From contig CACACI010000003.1 in assembly GCA_902530985.1 (NCBI GenBank), positions 3,516 to 67,515 of the forward strand: a DNA stretch of 64,000 bases, written 5' to 3'. The DNA comes from an uncultured Alphaproteobacteria bacterium. GTDB lineage: Bacteria > Pseudomonadota > Alphaproteobacteria > Methylaequorales > Methylaequoraceae. Below the pieces are notes generated by a model. The model ran no database searches. It saw only the letters and a program-made list of their open reading frames with translations, and was not told where the DNA came from. A program made the translations under genes and the position numbers. Below, piece by piece: positions 29,033-39,740 of this stretch (its first letter is position 1; each line of letters starts with the position of its first letter).

Positions 29033-30363
29033 TCAAAAAATTAAGCAAAGATATTTTAATTTCAACATTGGAAAAAGGCTGTAAACCAAAGAATCAATGG
29101 AGAATAGGTACAGAACATGAAAAGTTTGGTTTTAGAAAGAATGATTTAAAACCAATTACTTTCGAAGATATTCAAAAAATTTTTTTCAATTTAAGTTCTA
29201 ATTATAAATGGGAAAAAATTTTTGAAAATAAAAATATAGTTGGATTGAAAAAAAATAGTGCATCTATTACGCTTGAGCCTGGGGGGCAGATAGAACTTTC
29301 AGGGGCTCCGTTAGAAGATTTATTTCAGACATGCAAAGAAGTAAATCAGCATCATGATGAATTAAATAATGTATGCAAAGACTATGAAATACAATTCATG
29401 GGTATGGGAGTTTTGCCTAAGTGGAACCTCAGTGACTTAAGACTAATGCCTAAGGAAAGATACAAAATTATGAGTAGATACATGCCTAAAGTAGGAACAA
29501 AAGGCTTAGATATGATGATGAGGACAACAACAATTCAGGCAAATTTTGATTTTTCTTCAGAGGAAGACATGGCAAAAAAAATAAAAGTGTCACAATCTAT
29601 TCAACCCTTAATAATTGCTCTATATGCAAATTCGCCATTTATTGATAGTAAGTTGACAGATTATCTAAGTTACAGATCTTATATATGGACAAAAACAGAT
29701 AATGATAGATGTGGTCTATTACCTTTTGTTTATGAAAAAAACTTTACATTTGAGAGATATGTTGATTACCTTTTAGATGTTCCAATGTATTTTATTTTGA
29801 GAGATAATAAATACATTGATCTTTCTGGAAAAACTTTTAGAGACTTTTTAGAAAAAAAAACAAAATTAATAAATTTGGAACCTTCTATTAAAGATTGGGA
29901 GGTGCATATAACAACAGTATTTCCTGAAGTAAGATTAAAATCTTTTATTGAATTAAGAGGTGCAGATGGGGGACCTTGGTCAAGGGTTTGTGCTTTACCA
30001 GCTTTTTGGACAGGAATTCTTTATGATGATGAGGTGCTTGATCATTTATCTGATATTGTTGCTAGCTGGAGTTTTATAGATATTAAGAATTTATATAATA
30101 ATGTAAGGAAGTTTGGTCTAAAAACAAATAATCCAGATGGGGAAAATTTGTTAGATTTTACAAAAAAAATAGTTGACCTCTCGTCCAAGGGACTAAGGAA
30201 TAGAGATATTCAAATCTCTGGAAAAAATGAAGAATCATTTCTTGAGCCTTTGAGAAAAATATTAAATTCTGGAAACTCACCTGCTGAGATTTGGAGAGAG
30301 TTATATTTAAATGAATGGTCTAAAAATATTGATATGCTATACAAAAACAATTATTTTAAGTGA
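29008..30363 (+). CDS. gshA: Glutamate-cysteine ligase, plant/alphaproteobacterial type (GCS2)
   Basis: The motifs are WRIGTEHEKFGF, ITLEPGGQIELSGAP and FPEVRLKSFIELRGADGGPW. The start may be ATG 29008 or GTG 29029. Confidence 0.9.
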   Translation: MYKGINRVIKKLSKDILISTLEKGCKPKNQWRIGTEHEKFGFRKNDLKPITFEDIQKIFFNLSSNYKWEKIFENKNIVGLKKNSASITLEPGGQIELSGAPLEDLFQTCKEVNQHHDELNNVCKDYEIQFMGMGVLPKWNLSDLRLMPKERYKIMSRYMPKVGTKGLDMMMRTTTIQANFDFSSEEDMAKKIKVSQSIQPLIIALYANSPFIDSKLTDYLSYRSYIWTKTDNDRCGLLPFVYEKNFTFERYVDYLLDVPMYFILRDNKYIDLSGKTFRDFLEKKTKLINLEPSIKDWEVHITTVFPEVRLKSFIELRGADGGPWSRVCALPAFWTGILYDDEVLDHLSDIVASWSFIDIKNLYNNVRKFGLKTNNPDGENLLDFTKKIVDLSSKGLRNRDIQISGKNEESFLEPLRKILNSGNSPAEIWRELYLNEWSKNIDMLYKNNYFK

Positions 30364-30367
30364 CCAT

Positions 30368-30658
30368 ATGAATAAATATAATAATTTAGAGGAAATTAGA
30401 ATTCTCATAGACAAAATTGACTTTAAAATTTTAGATCTTATTTCTCAAAGAAAAGATCTTGTAACTGAAGTTATAAAATTTAAAAATAGAAATCAGATTG
30501 TTGACCAAAAAAGAATTAATCAAATACTAAAAAAGTTAGATGTTGAGGCAAAGAAAAGGGGAGTGTCAGAGAAACTAGTTAGAGAACTATGGCAAATAAT
30601 GATTAAATCATTTATTTCATATGAAGAAGAGATGTTTGAAAAAAAAAATAATAAATAA
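30368..30658 (+). CDS. Chorismate mutase (AroQ class, monofunctional)
   Basis: The string LEEIRILIDKIDFKILDLISQRKDLVTEVIKFK...KRINQIL is typical of AroQ helix 1-2. I use the ATG at 30368 rather than the track start 30311, which lies inside gshA. Confidence 0.8.
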   Translation: MNKYNNLEEIRILIDKIDFKILDLISQRKDLVTEVIKFKNRNQIVDQKRINQILKKLDVEAKKRGVSEKLVRELWQIMIKSFISYEEEMFEKKNNK

Positions 30659-30659
30659 T

Positions 30660-32063
30660 TTAGATAGTGCCGCCAACAGTTAGATTTCTTACTTTTAAGC
30701 TTGGTTGACCAACACCAACAGGGACACTTTGACCTTCTTTTCCGCATGTTCCAATCCCATCATCAAGTTCTAAGTTATTTGCAACCATTGTTACTTCTTT
30801 TAAAATTTCAGGGCCATTACCAATAAGAGTTGCTCCTTTGAGGGGTCTTCCAATTTTTCCATCTATAATCTCATAAGCCTCTGAAGCACTAAAGACAAAT
30901 TTACCGGAAGTAATATCGACTTGTCCTCCGCTGAATTGAGTTGCGTAAATTCCTTTGCTTGTTGATTTTATTAACTCTTCGTGATGATATTTACCCTTGA
31001 GCATATAAGTATTGGTCATTCTGGGCATAGGCAAATGAGAATAGCTTTGTCTTCTTCCATTTCCAGTAGATTTTTGATTCATCAATCTTGCATTTAGTCT
31101 ATCATGCATAAATCCTTTTAAAATACCATTCTCTATTAAAGTTGTATTTTGTGAGGGAGTTCCTTCATCATCGATTGTAAGTGAACCTCTTTTTTTGTGA
31201 ATAGTTCCATCATCAACTACAGAGATTTGATCTGATGCAACTTTCTGACCAACAAGGTCATAAAAAGCAGATGTTTTTTTTCTGTTAAAATCTCCTTCTA
31301 ATCCATGACCAATAGCTTCATGTAATAAGATTCCAGGCCAACCTGGACCAAGTATTACAGTCTGTTCTCCCGCAGGTGTTGATTTGGCTGAAAGTTTAAC
31401 AATTGCTTGTTGATAAGCTTTCTTAACCCCTTCTTTCCATTTGTCTTCTTTAAAAAAGTGTTCGTATAGATATCTTCCTCCCATGCCAAAGGAACCAGTT
31501 TCAATCTTATCTTTTTGTTTGACGGAAATGTTTATGTTCATTCTCACTAAAGGTCTTGAGTCATAGAAAGAGTTACCATTTTTTGTAATCACTTCAATAT
31601 TTTGATAATTCCCGTTGAGGCTTACGGAAACTTCTTTTACATTCGAATCAAGTTTGCGAGCATAATGATTTACTTTATTTAAGAATTGAATTTTTTTAGT
31701 AAGAGAGATTAAATTAATTGGATTTGCATCAGTGTATAATGAAGAATTGCTTTTTAGAGTAGTTTCTTTTGATGGAAGAATAATTTTTTTTCTTGAACTT
31801 TTAATTGAATCTACAGCAGATTTAATCGTGTTTTCATCAAGCTCTGTATTGTGAGTAAAATTAACAGTATCATGATCAACTGCTCTTAACCCAAAACCTT
31901 TATCTTGATCATAACTTGCATTCTTAATTTTGTTGTCGTCAAAAAGTATGTTTTCAGAAAAAACTTCTTCCACAAAAAGTTCTCCATCGTCGTATTTTTT
32001 TAAAACTTCGTCAACAAGTAACTCTACTTTTTTATCATCCCAATTTTTTTTTATTCTTTTCAT
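30660..32063 (-). CDS. tldD: Metalloprotease TldD
   Basis: It has the zinc motif HEAIGHGLEGD. The C-terminus shows GIGTCGKEGQSVPVG and GQPSLKV. Confidence 0.92.
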   Translation of the reverse strand: MKRIKKNWDDKKVELLVDEVLKKYDDGELFVEEVFSENILFDDNKIKNASYDQDKGFGLRAVDHDTVNFTHNTELDENTIKSAVDSIKSSRKKIILPSKETTLKSNSSLYTDANPINLISLTKKIQFLNKVNHYARKLDSNVKEVSVSLNGNYQNIEVITKNGNSFYDSRPLVRMNINISVKQKDKIETGSFGMGGRYLYEHFFKEDKWKEGVKKAYQQAIVKLSAKSTPAGEQTVILGPGWPGILLHEAIGHGLEGDFNRKKTSAFYDLVGQKVASDQISVVDDGTIHKKRGSLTIDDEGTPSQNTTLIENGILKGFMHDRLNARLMNQKSTGNGRRQSYSHLPMPRMTNTYMLKGKYHHEELIKSTSKGIYATQFSGGQVDITSGKFVFSASEAYEIIDGKIGRPLKGATLIGNGPEILKEVTMVANNLELDDGIGTCGKEGQSVPVGVGQPSLKVRNLTVGGTI

Positions 32064-32224
32064 TCCAAAACTCAGTTAAATAATACTAAATTAATTTTTT
32101 TTCAGATATCTGCTTACAGTATTATATAGTAGATTTTTAATTAACATTAAATGAATAATTATTTGTTTTTTTTAAAATCATTATTATATTAGATCTATTA
32201 TTAATTTTATATGTGTAATTTCTA
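32064..32224. promoter_or_regulatory. Divergent promoter region for tldD and the cox operon (longest noncoding stretch in the window)
   Basis: This 161-bp extremely AT-rich spacer lies between divergent starts. It contains the palindromes AGATATCT (32104-32111), TTAATTAA (near 32138-32145) and AGATCT (32191-32196). I cannot assign specific -35/-10 boxes with confidence. Confidence 0.4.
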
Positions 32225-33040
32225 ATGAATTTTTTTTATCTAGCCATTGCTTTGAGTTCGATCTTTATGTCCAATGAGCTCCTTGCTACAGGACAACCAA
32301 CTGAGTGGCAGATTGGTTTTCAAGAGGCAGGTTCTCCCTTAATGCAAAGACTTATTGATCTTCATGATTTTGTGTTTTGGATTATAACTGTAATAACTAT
32401 TTTTGTTTTTGTGCTTCTCCTATATGTATGTATTAAATTTAGTGCTAAAAATAACAAAACTCCTTCAAATACCACACACAACTCCTTATTAGAAGTTGCA
32501 TGGACATTGATACCTGTTTTAATATTAGTCGTTATAGCAATTCCATCATTTAGATTACTATACGACCAAAATGATTTTAGTAAAATCGATATGACAATTA
32601 AAGCCACTGGATATACTTGGTACTGGGGATACGAATATCCTGATCACGATAACATAGCTTTTGATTCTATTATGCTTGAAGAAGATGAACTTGAAGAAGG
32701 CCAACCTAGATTATTATCAACAGATTACCAGCTTGTTGTTCCAGTAAATACGAATATAAAGATGCAAATCACAAGTGATCCAGCAGGTGTTATCCACTCT
32801 TGGGCAGTTCCATCTCTTGGTGTTAAAATGGATGCAGTCCCAGGGAGATTAAATGAAACTTATTTCAACATTAAAGAGCCTGGTATGTATTATGGCCAAT
32901 GTTCAGAATTGTGCGGTATCGGTCATGGGTTTATGCCGATATCAATTAGAGCTGTGACTAATGATGAATTTGTATCATGGATTGATACAGCAAAAGAAGA
33001 GTTTGCTAGTGATAACAACCATAATTTTGCACACAAGTAG
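32225..33040 (+). CDS. coxB: Cytochrome c oxidase (aa3-type) subunit II
   Basis: It has two TM helices. The CuA site is HSWAVPSLGVKMDAVPGR ... CSELCGIGHGFMP. Confidence 0.95.
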   Translation: MNFFYLAIALSSIFMSNELLATGQPTEWQIGFQEAGSPLMQRLIDLHDFVFWIITVITIFVFVLLLYVCIKFSAKNNKTPSNTTHNSLLEVAWTLIPVLILVVIAIPSFRLLYDQNDFSKIDMTIKATGYTWYWGYEYPDHDNIAFDSIMLEEDELEEGQPRLLSTDYQLVVPVNTNIKMQITSDPAGVIHSWAVPSLGVKMDAVPGRLNETYFNIKEPGMYYGQCSELCGIGHGFMPISIRAVTNDEFVSWIDTAKEEFASDNNHNFAHK

Positions 33041-33051
33041 AGAGGAAATAG

Positions 33052-34617
<1,566 letters not shown>

Positions 34618-34646
34618 AATACAACCTGACAAAATTTGGGAATGTT

Positions 34647-35564
34647 TTGCAGTCAAAAACCTATAAATATAACCTCTCTAATTTTTCGAGCAAGCATGAT
34701 AGCACTCTAAGTGACTATATTTCTCTTCTAAAACCAAGAGTTATGTCGCTAGCTGTGTTCACTTCGATATGCGGGGTAATTCTTGCACCAATTAGTCTTC
34801 ATCCTTTTTTTTTCTTTCTTTCAATTCTTTGCATTTCTATTGGTGCAGGAGCTTCTGGAGCTATCAACATGTGGTATGATAGAGACATTGACTCTTTAAT
34901 GGAAAGAACAAAAAAAAGACCAATTCCTAAAGGCAGAGTAGAACCACTAGATGCATTAGGTTTTGGCGTCATACTTTCTATTATTTCAATTATTGTTTTA
35001 GGTCTTTCAGTCAATTATCAAGCTGCTATGTTATTAGCCTTTTCTATTTTTTTCTATATCTTTATTTATACGGTATGGCTTAAAAGAAGAACATCGCAGA
35101 ACATTGTAATTGGTGGTGCAGCTGGTGCTTTTCCTCCTGTAATTGGTTGGGTTTGTTCTACGGCAGAGTTAAGTATTTTTCCTATTTTATTGTTTTGCAT
35201 TATTTTTTTTTGGACTCCGCCACACTTCTGGGCATTAGCTCTTTACAAAGATATAGAGTACTCTAAGGCAAATGTACCTATGCTTCCAGTAGTAAGGGGA
35301 AAAAGAGTTACAAAAAGACAAATTTTAATTTATTCTGTATTACTATCATTTATTTCTATTTTGCCTTTTATGTATGGATTCGCAGGTTTTTTTTACTTAA
35401 TATCTTCATTATTATTAAATGCTTATTTTTGTTATCTCTCATTTCAGTTATTCATGAGTGAGGATAAAAAAAATTCTTTTTATGCTCCAAAACTTTTTAA
35501 ATACTCAATTCTATATTTATATCTAATTTTCTCATCATTAGTGCTAGACTCAATTATTAAATAG
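34647..35564 (+). CDS. ctaB: Protoheme IX farnesyltransferase (heme O synthase)
   Basis: The UbiA-superfamily motif is NMWYDRDIDSLMERTKKRP, and WTPPHFWALAL is also present. The track start at 34647 is TTG. An internal Met (MSLAV...) is an alternative start. Confidence 0.9.
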   Translation: MQSKTYKYNLSNFSSKHDSTLSDYISLLKPRVMSLAVFTSICGVILAPISLHPFFFFLSILCISIGAGASGAINMWYDRDIDSLMERTKKRPIPKGRVEPLDALGFGVILSIISIIVLGLSVNYQAAMLLAFSIFFYIFIYTVWLKRRTSQNIVIGGAAGAFPPVIGWVCSTAELSIFPILLFCIIFFWTPPHFWALALYKDIEYSKANVPMLPVVRGKRVTKRQILIYSVLLSFISILPFMYGFAGFFYLISSLLLNAYFCYLSFQLFMSEDKKNSFYAPKLFKYSILYLYLIFSSLVLDSIIK

Positions 35565-35565
35565 A

Positions 35566-35661
35566 ATGAAAAATCAAAACAAAAACAAAAATTTAGCATT
35601 AGGGTTAGCCCTGTTTTTCCTAGCAGTCATATTTTATGTAGTGACTGTACTTAAATTTTAA
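35566..35661 (+). CDS. Small single-TM protein (31 aa), CoxF-like ORF between ctaB and ctaG
   Basis: It is not in the ORF track because it is under 60 aa. I read it as ATG 35566 to TAA 35659-35661, giving MKNQNKNKNLALGLALFFLAVIFYVVTVLKF. It exactly fills the ctaB-ctaG gap. A small ORF at this position is known from alphaproteobacterial coxBAEFGC-type operons. Confidence 0.45.
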   Translation: MKNQNKNKNLALGLALFFLAVIFYVVTVLKF

Positions 35662-35662
35662 A

Positions 35663-36193
35663 ATGGAATTGAAAACAAACAAAAAAAAAATGAATTTTGC
35701 GATCATGCTATCAATGTTTGCATTTGGTATGCTTATGATGAGCTATGCTGCAGTGCCACTATATAAATTGTTTTGCCAAGTGACGGGATATGGGGGTACA
35801 CCGAAAATTTCTGAAAGAAATAATAATTCAACTATTGCAGAAAATATTAATGTAAGGTTTGACTCTTCGATCGAAAAAAATTCATCTGTTTTTTTTGAAC
35901 CTGCACAAACTAAAATAAAGATAAAAATTGGTGAAAATAGTCTTGCTTTTTTTAAGGCTATTAATAAATCTAATAAACAAGTTACTACAATGTCAGTTTT
36001 TAATGTGACTCCGCTACAAGCAGGAAAATATTTTAATAAAATTGAATGTTTCTGTTTTGAAGAACAAATCTTATCCCCCAAAGAGGAAGTAAATATGCCT
36101 GTTTCTTTTTTCATTGACCCAAATATAAAAGATGATAAATTCATTAATAACTTAGAAGAAATAACTCTATCTTATACTATGTATGTCAGATAA
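35663..36193 (+). CDS. ctaG: Cytochrome c oxidase copper assembly protein CtaG/Cox11
   Basis: It has an N-terminal TM anchor. The motifs are YKLFCQVTGYGGT and the copper-binding CFCFEEQ. Confidence 0.9.
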   Translation: MELKTNKKKMNFAIMLSMFAFGMLMMSYAAVPLYKLFCQVTGYGGTPKISERNNNSTIAENINVRFDSSIEKNSSVFFEPAQTKIKIKIGENSLAFFKAINKSNKQVTTMSVFNVTPLQAGKYFNKIECFCFEEQILSPKEEVNMPVSFFIDPNIKDDKFINNLEEITLSYTMYVR

Positions 36194-36196
36194 ATA

Positions 36197-37015
36197 ATGA
36201 GCGATCAGAACCACCCATATCATCTTGTTGACCCAAGCCCCTGGCCGCTAATAACAGGTTTTTCAGCACTGTTGATGGCAATAGGATTTGTGTTGTTTAT
36301 GCACGAAGATAATAACTTGGTATTTATTTTAGGAAGCCTTGCAGTTGTGCTTTCTAGTATATTCTGGTGGCGTGATGTTGTTTCAGAATCAGAGGGTGGT
36401 AGTTATCATAATAACGTAGTTCAAATTGGCTTAAGATATGGAATGATCCTCTTTATAATGTCAGAAATTATGTTTTTCGTTGCTTGGTTTTGGGCATTTT
36501 TTGATGTTGCATTTTATCCAGGCCTAGATAGTCCTGAATTAATCGGAAGACAGGATTCTATGGCAGGGGTATTTCCACCAGAAGAGATTGAGTTAATTCC
36601 ACCATTTGGAATTCCTTTATTGAATACATTTATATTACTTGCTTCTGGAGGAACAGTTACTTGGGCTCATCATGCTTTGAGAAATAATGATAGGAAGAAT
36701 TTTCTTTTATTTTTACTTTTAACAATAATTTTGGGTTTTATTTTTACTGGATTTCAAGCATATGAATATCAGCATGCAACATTTAGTATAGAAGATGGAA
36801 TATATCCATCAACATTTTATATGGCAACTGGTTTTCATGGCTTTCATGTAATTGTTGGCACAATATTTTTAGTAGTTTGTTATTTTAGAGGATTAAGAGG
36901 ACACTTTAAGCCTAACAAACATCTTGGTTTTGAATTTGCAGCATGGTATTGGCACTTTGTAGATGTAGTATGGTTGTTTTTGTTCACTTTTGTTTATTGG
37001 TGGGCTTCAATATAG
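36197..37015 (+). CDS. coxC: Cytochrome c oxidase subunit III
   Basis: The motifs are HPYHLVDPSPWP, MSEIMFFVAWFWAFF, TGFHGFHV and AAWYWHFVDVVWLFLF. Confidence 0.95.
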   Translation: MSDQNHPYHLVDPSPWPLITGFSALLMAIGFVLFMHEDNNLVFILGSLAVVLSSIFWWRDVVSESEGGSYHNNVVQIGLRYGMILFIMSEIMFFVAWFWAFFDVAFYPGLDSPELIGRQDSMAGVFPPEEIELIPPFGIPLLNTFILLASGGTVTWAHHALRNNDRKNFLLFLLLTIILGFIFTGFQAYEYQHATFSIEDGIYPSTFYMATGFHGFHVIVGTIFLVVCYFRGLRGHFKPNKHLGFEFAAWYWHFVDVVWLFLFTFVYWWASI

Positions 37016-37021
37016 CCAATA

Positions 37022-37741
37022 ATGCAATTCAAGGTTAATTCAGATAAATATTCTTTTAAACCAAAGCCTTTTCCCCTTTTCGCTTTTGTTTGTGCCTTAT
37101 CTATTCTGATTGGTTTGTCTGCTTGGCAATTTAAAAGATTAAATTGGAAAAATGAATTAATTTCTCAAAGAATCAATAGTTTTGAATTAACTCCAACAGA
37201 TTTTGAAAATATCGAGATTCCAGAGAATAATGAATTTCGTAAAATTGTTGTTGTAGGTGAACTTTTGAATGAATATGAAATGTATATGCCAGCACTTAGT
37301 AAAAGAGGCAATAATGGCTTTCATATTTTAGTGCCATTAAAGACTGAAGGAGGGAACTATGTATTGTTTGATACAGGATGGGTTCCTTTGGCAAAAAAAA
37401 ACAAGAACACAAGATTAAACAATAGATTTAATGGTGTTAAAAGTTTTGAAGCAGTGATTAGGACCTCTGGAAGAAAAGGTTATTTTCAACCAGAGAATGA
37501 TGTTAAAAATAATACTTGGTTTTTTGTTGAAACGGAATTGATGAGCAGTCATACAGGATTTAAATTTGAGAACAATTTTTATCTTGAAGCATCAAAAAAC
37601 GGGCCTAATGGTTTTCCTTTGGGAAATCAAACTAGAATATATTTAAGAAATAATCACCTACAATACGCACTCACATGGTTAATGATTGCGATAGGTTTAA
37701 TAGGTGTTTTCTTTTTTGCTAACATAAAAAAAATAAAATAG
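37022..37741 (+). CDS. SURF1 family cytochrome oxidase biogenesis protein
   Basis: It has two terminal TM segments, the string SAWQFKRLNWKNELI, and C-terminal NNHLQYALTWL. It is located at the end of the cox operon. Confidence 0.85.
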   Translation: MQFKVNSDKYSFKPKPFPLFAFVCALSILIGLSAWQFKRLNWKNELISQRINSFELTPTDFENIEIPENNEFRKIVVVGELLNEYEMYMPALSKRGNNGFHILVPLKTEGGNYVLFDTGWVPLAKKNKNTRLNNRFNGVKSFEAVIRTSGRKGYFQPENDVKNNTWFFVETELMSSHTGFKFENNFYLEASKNGPNGFPLGNQTRIYLRNNHLQYALTWLMIAIGLIGVFFFANIKKIK

Positions 37742-37743
37742 AA

Positions 37744-39126
37744 ATGCTTTACTCATCTACAAGAGGAAAAGATAACAATAAAAGTTTTAGCGAAGTATTA
37801 TTAAATGGTTTAGCAAAAGATGGTGGGTTATACGTGCCAAATGAAATACCTTTGTTTAATGATGAACATTTAAAATTTTTAAGCAGTCTAAATTACCCTA
37901 ATTTAGCCTTTGAACTAACAAGACTTTTTATATCTGGAGAAATACCAGAAAAAAAATATAAACAAATATGCTTAAATACATATAAAGAATCTTTTGGAAA
38001 AGAAATTATTTCTATAAAAAAACTCAATGAAAATGAATTTATATCAAATCTTTTTCATGGCCCTACCTATGCTTTTAAGGATTTTGCTCTGCAACTTTTG
38101 GGTAATATTTATGATTTTATTTTAAAAGAAAAAAAAATAAAACTTACTATTCTAGGTGCCACATCAGGAGATACTGGATCAGCAGCAATTTACGGTTGTT
38201 CAAAATCTAAGAATGTTAACCTATTTATTCTTTTTCCAAAAGGAAAGGTAAGTGAAATTCAAAGAAAACAGATGACAACATATAATAAACCAAATGTTTT
38301 TAATATAGCTGTAAATGGAAATTTTGATGATTGTCAGAGATTAGTAAAAAATTTTTTCAAGCTATATAATGATAATAAAAGCTTAAATCTTGCTGCTGTT
38401 AATTCTATTAATTGGGTCAGAATAATGGGACAAATAGTTTATTATTTTTGGAGTTATTTTAGAGTAAGTAAAAAATTAATCCCATTAAGTTTTGTTGTTC
38501 CTACAGGGAACTTTGGTAACGCTTATGCTGGATTTATTTGCAAAAAAATGGGTTTACCAATCCATAAGATAGTAATAAGTTCTAATAAAAATGACGTTCT
38601 AACAAGATTTTTTAAGTCTGGTAAAATGACATTAAAGAAAACTTTGAAATCTATTAGTCCAAGCATGGATATCCAAGTATCAAGTAATTTTGAGAGATTA
38701 TTATTTGATTATTATCAAAATGGTAAAAGTATTAATAATCTCTTTTCTCAACTTGAATCAAAAGGAGAGTTTGAAGTTGATCAGAGACATTTAGATAAAA
38801 TGAAAATAATTTTTGGATATGGAAAGCTGAGTGATAAAGAAACCATTGAAACAATTCGAAACATAAAAGTAAAATATAATTTTTTAATTGACCCGCACAC
38901 TGCTGTTGGTTACTCAGTAGGAAACAAAAGATTAAATAAAAATGATAAAAGGATATATCTAGCAACTGCACATTATGCAAAATTTTTAGATACAGTTAAG
39001 AAAGCAGTTGGTTTAAAAATAGATTATCCTCACAATCTCAAGAAGATAATTAATCAAAAAGAAAAGTTTTATTTGATTGATAATAACATCGATGAATTAA
39101 AAGGTTTTATAGGAAAAATCATTTAG
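37744..39126 (+). CDS. thrC: Threonine synthase
   Basis: It starts MLYSSTRG. The PLP lysine motif is HGPTYAFKDFALQ, and GATSGDTGSAA and PTGNFGN are also present. Confidence 0.92.
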   Translation: MLYSSTRGKDNNKSFSEVLLNGLAKDGGLYVPNEIPLFNDEHLKFLSSLNYPNLAFELTRLFISGEIPEKKYKQICLNTYKESFGKEIISIKKLNENEFISNLFHGPTYAFKDFALQLLGNIYDFILKEKKIKLTILGATSGDTGSAAIYGCSKSKNVNLFILFPKGKVSEIQRKQMTTYNKPNVFNIAVNGNFDDCQRLVKNFFKLYNDNKSLNLAAVNSINWVRIMGQIVYYFWSYFRVSKKLIPLSFVVPTGNFGNAYAGFICKKMGLPIHKIVISSNKNDVLTRFFKSGKMTLKKTLKSISPSMDIQVSSNFERLLFDYYQNGKSINNLFSQLESKGEFEVDQRHLDKMKIIFGYGKLSDKETIETIRNIKVKYNFLIDPHTAVGYSVGNKRLNKNDKRIYLATAHYAKFLDTVKKAVGLKIDYPHNLKKIINQKEKFYLIDNNIDELKGFIGKII

Positions 39127-39129
39127 AAA

Positions 39130-39696
39130 TTATGCATTACCAGATGTATTTGAAAATTTTGTAAAGTCAATTCCGGTTTTCTTAATTGCATTTTTCCATT
39201 TTTTCTCTGATTCAATATCAAAAAGTAGATCCAATTCTTCACTTATATTAATCCAACTGTTCTGTTTAATCTCATCTTCTAATTGTCCAGGCCCCCAACC
39301 TGAATAACCAAGAGATATAAAAAATTTCTTTGGACCTTTATTTCTGGCTATGTCGGTAATAATTTCAGTTGAGCAAGTTAATTTAACTTCTTCTGAGACC
39401 TTTAAGGTGTGTTCTGTATTATAATCATTTGAATGAAGTATAAAGCCATTGTTTTGATTTAATGGACCTCCAATGTGAAAAGAGAATTGCATGTCAAGGT
39501 TATCTTTAATATTCTTTATATGTAATTTTTTATATAGCTCTGAACCTTTTATATTTAAGACCTTATAATTTAAAACAATGCCAACAGCTCCATCTTTATT
39601 GTGATGGGTTAAGTAGATTATGCTTTTTGAAAAAAAAATATCCTTTAATTGTGGTAAGGCACATATTATATTTCCCTTTAAATATCGGTGTTTCAT
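39130..39696 (-). CDS. YqgE/AlgH family protein (UPF0301)
   Basis: The family strings are GAVGIVLN, HIGGPLNQNNGFILHS and GYSGWGPGQLEDEI. Confidence 0.85.
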   Translation of the reverse strand: MKHRYLKGNIICALPQLKDIFFSKSIIYLTHHNKDGAVGIVLNYKVLNIKGSELYKKLHIKNIKDNLDMQFSFHIGGPLNQNNGFILHSNDYNTEHTLKVSEEVKLTCSTEIITDIARNKGPKKFFISLGYSGWGPGQLEDEIKQNSWINISEELDLLFDIESEKKWKNAIKKTGIDFTKFSNTSGNA

Positions 39697-39740
39697 ATAT
39701 AAATTATTACAGATATTTTTTTTTTATTCAATTTTTTAGA

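Noticed and set aside
30311-30367. An upstream extension of the chorismate mutase ORF into gshA
   Set aside because: The AroQ domain begins right after the internal ATG at 30368, which lies 5 nt past the gshA stop. The extension has no homology-like features.
35743-36144. Antisense ORFs covering most of ctaG (133 aa), and similar ones over the peroxiredoxin gene (41682..42065, 127 aa) and the ABC-F gene (61068..61466, 132 aa)
   Set aside because: Each overlaps a sense gene with diagnostic motifs (CFCFEEQ; PGAFTPTCS; Walker/signature motifs). There is no independent evidence for dual coding.
39627-39740. An N-terminal extension of the DsbD/ScsB-type ORF overlapping the yqgE start by 70 nt
   Set aside because: The extension (MKKKYPLIVVRHILYF...) precedes a perfectly good signal peptide that begins at the ATG at 39741. 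Using 39741 also restores a 44-nt divergent spacer.
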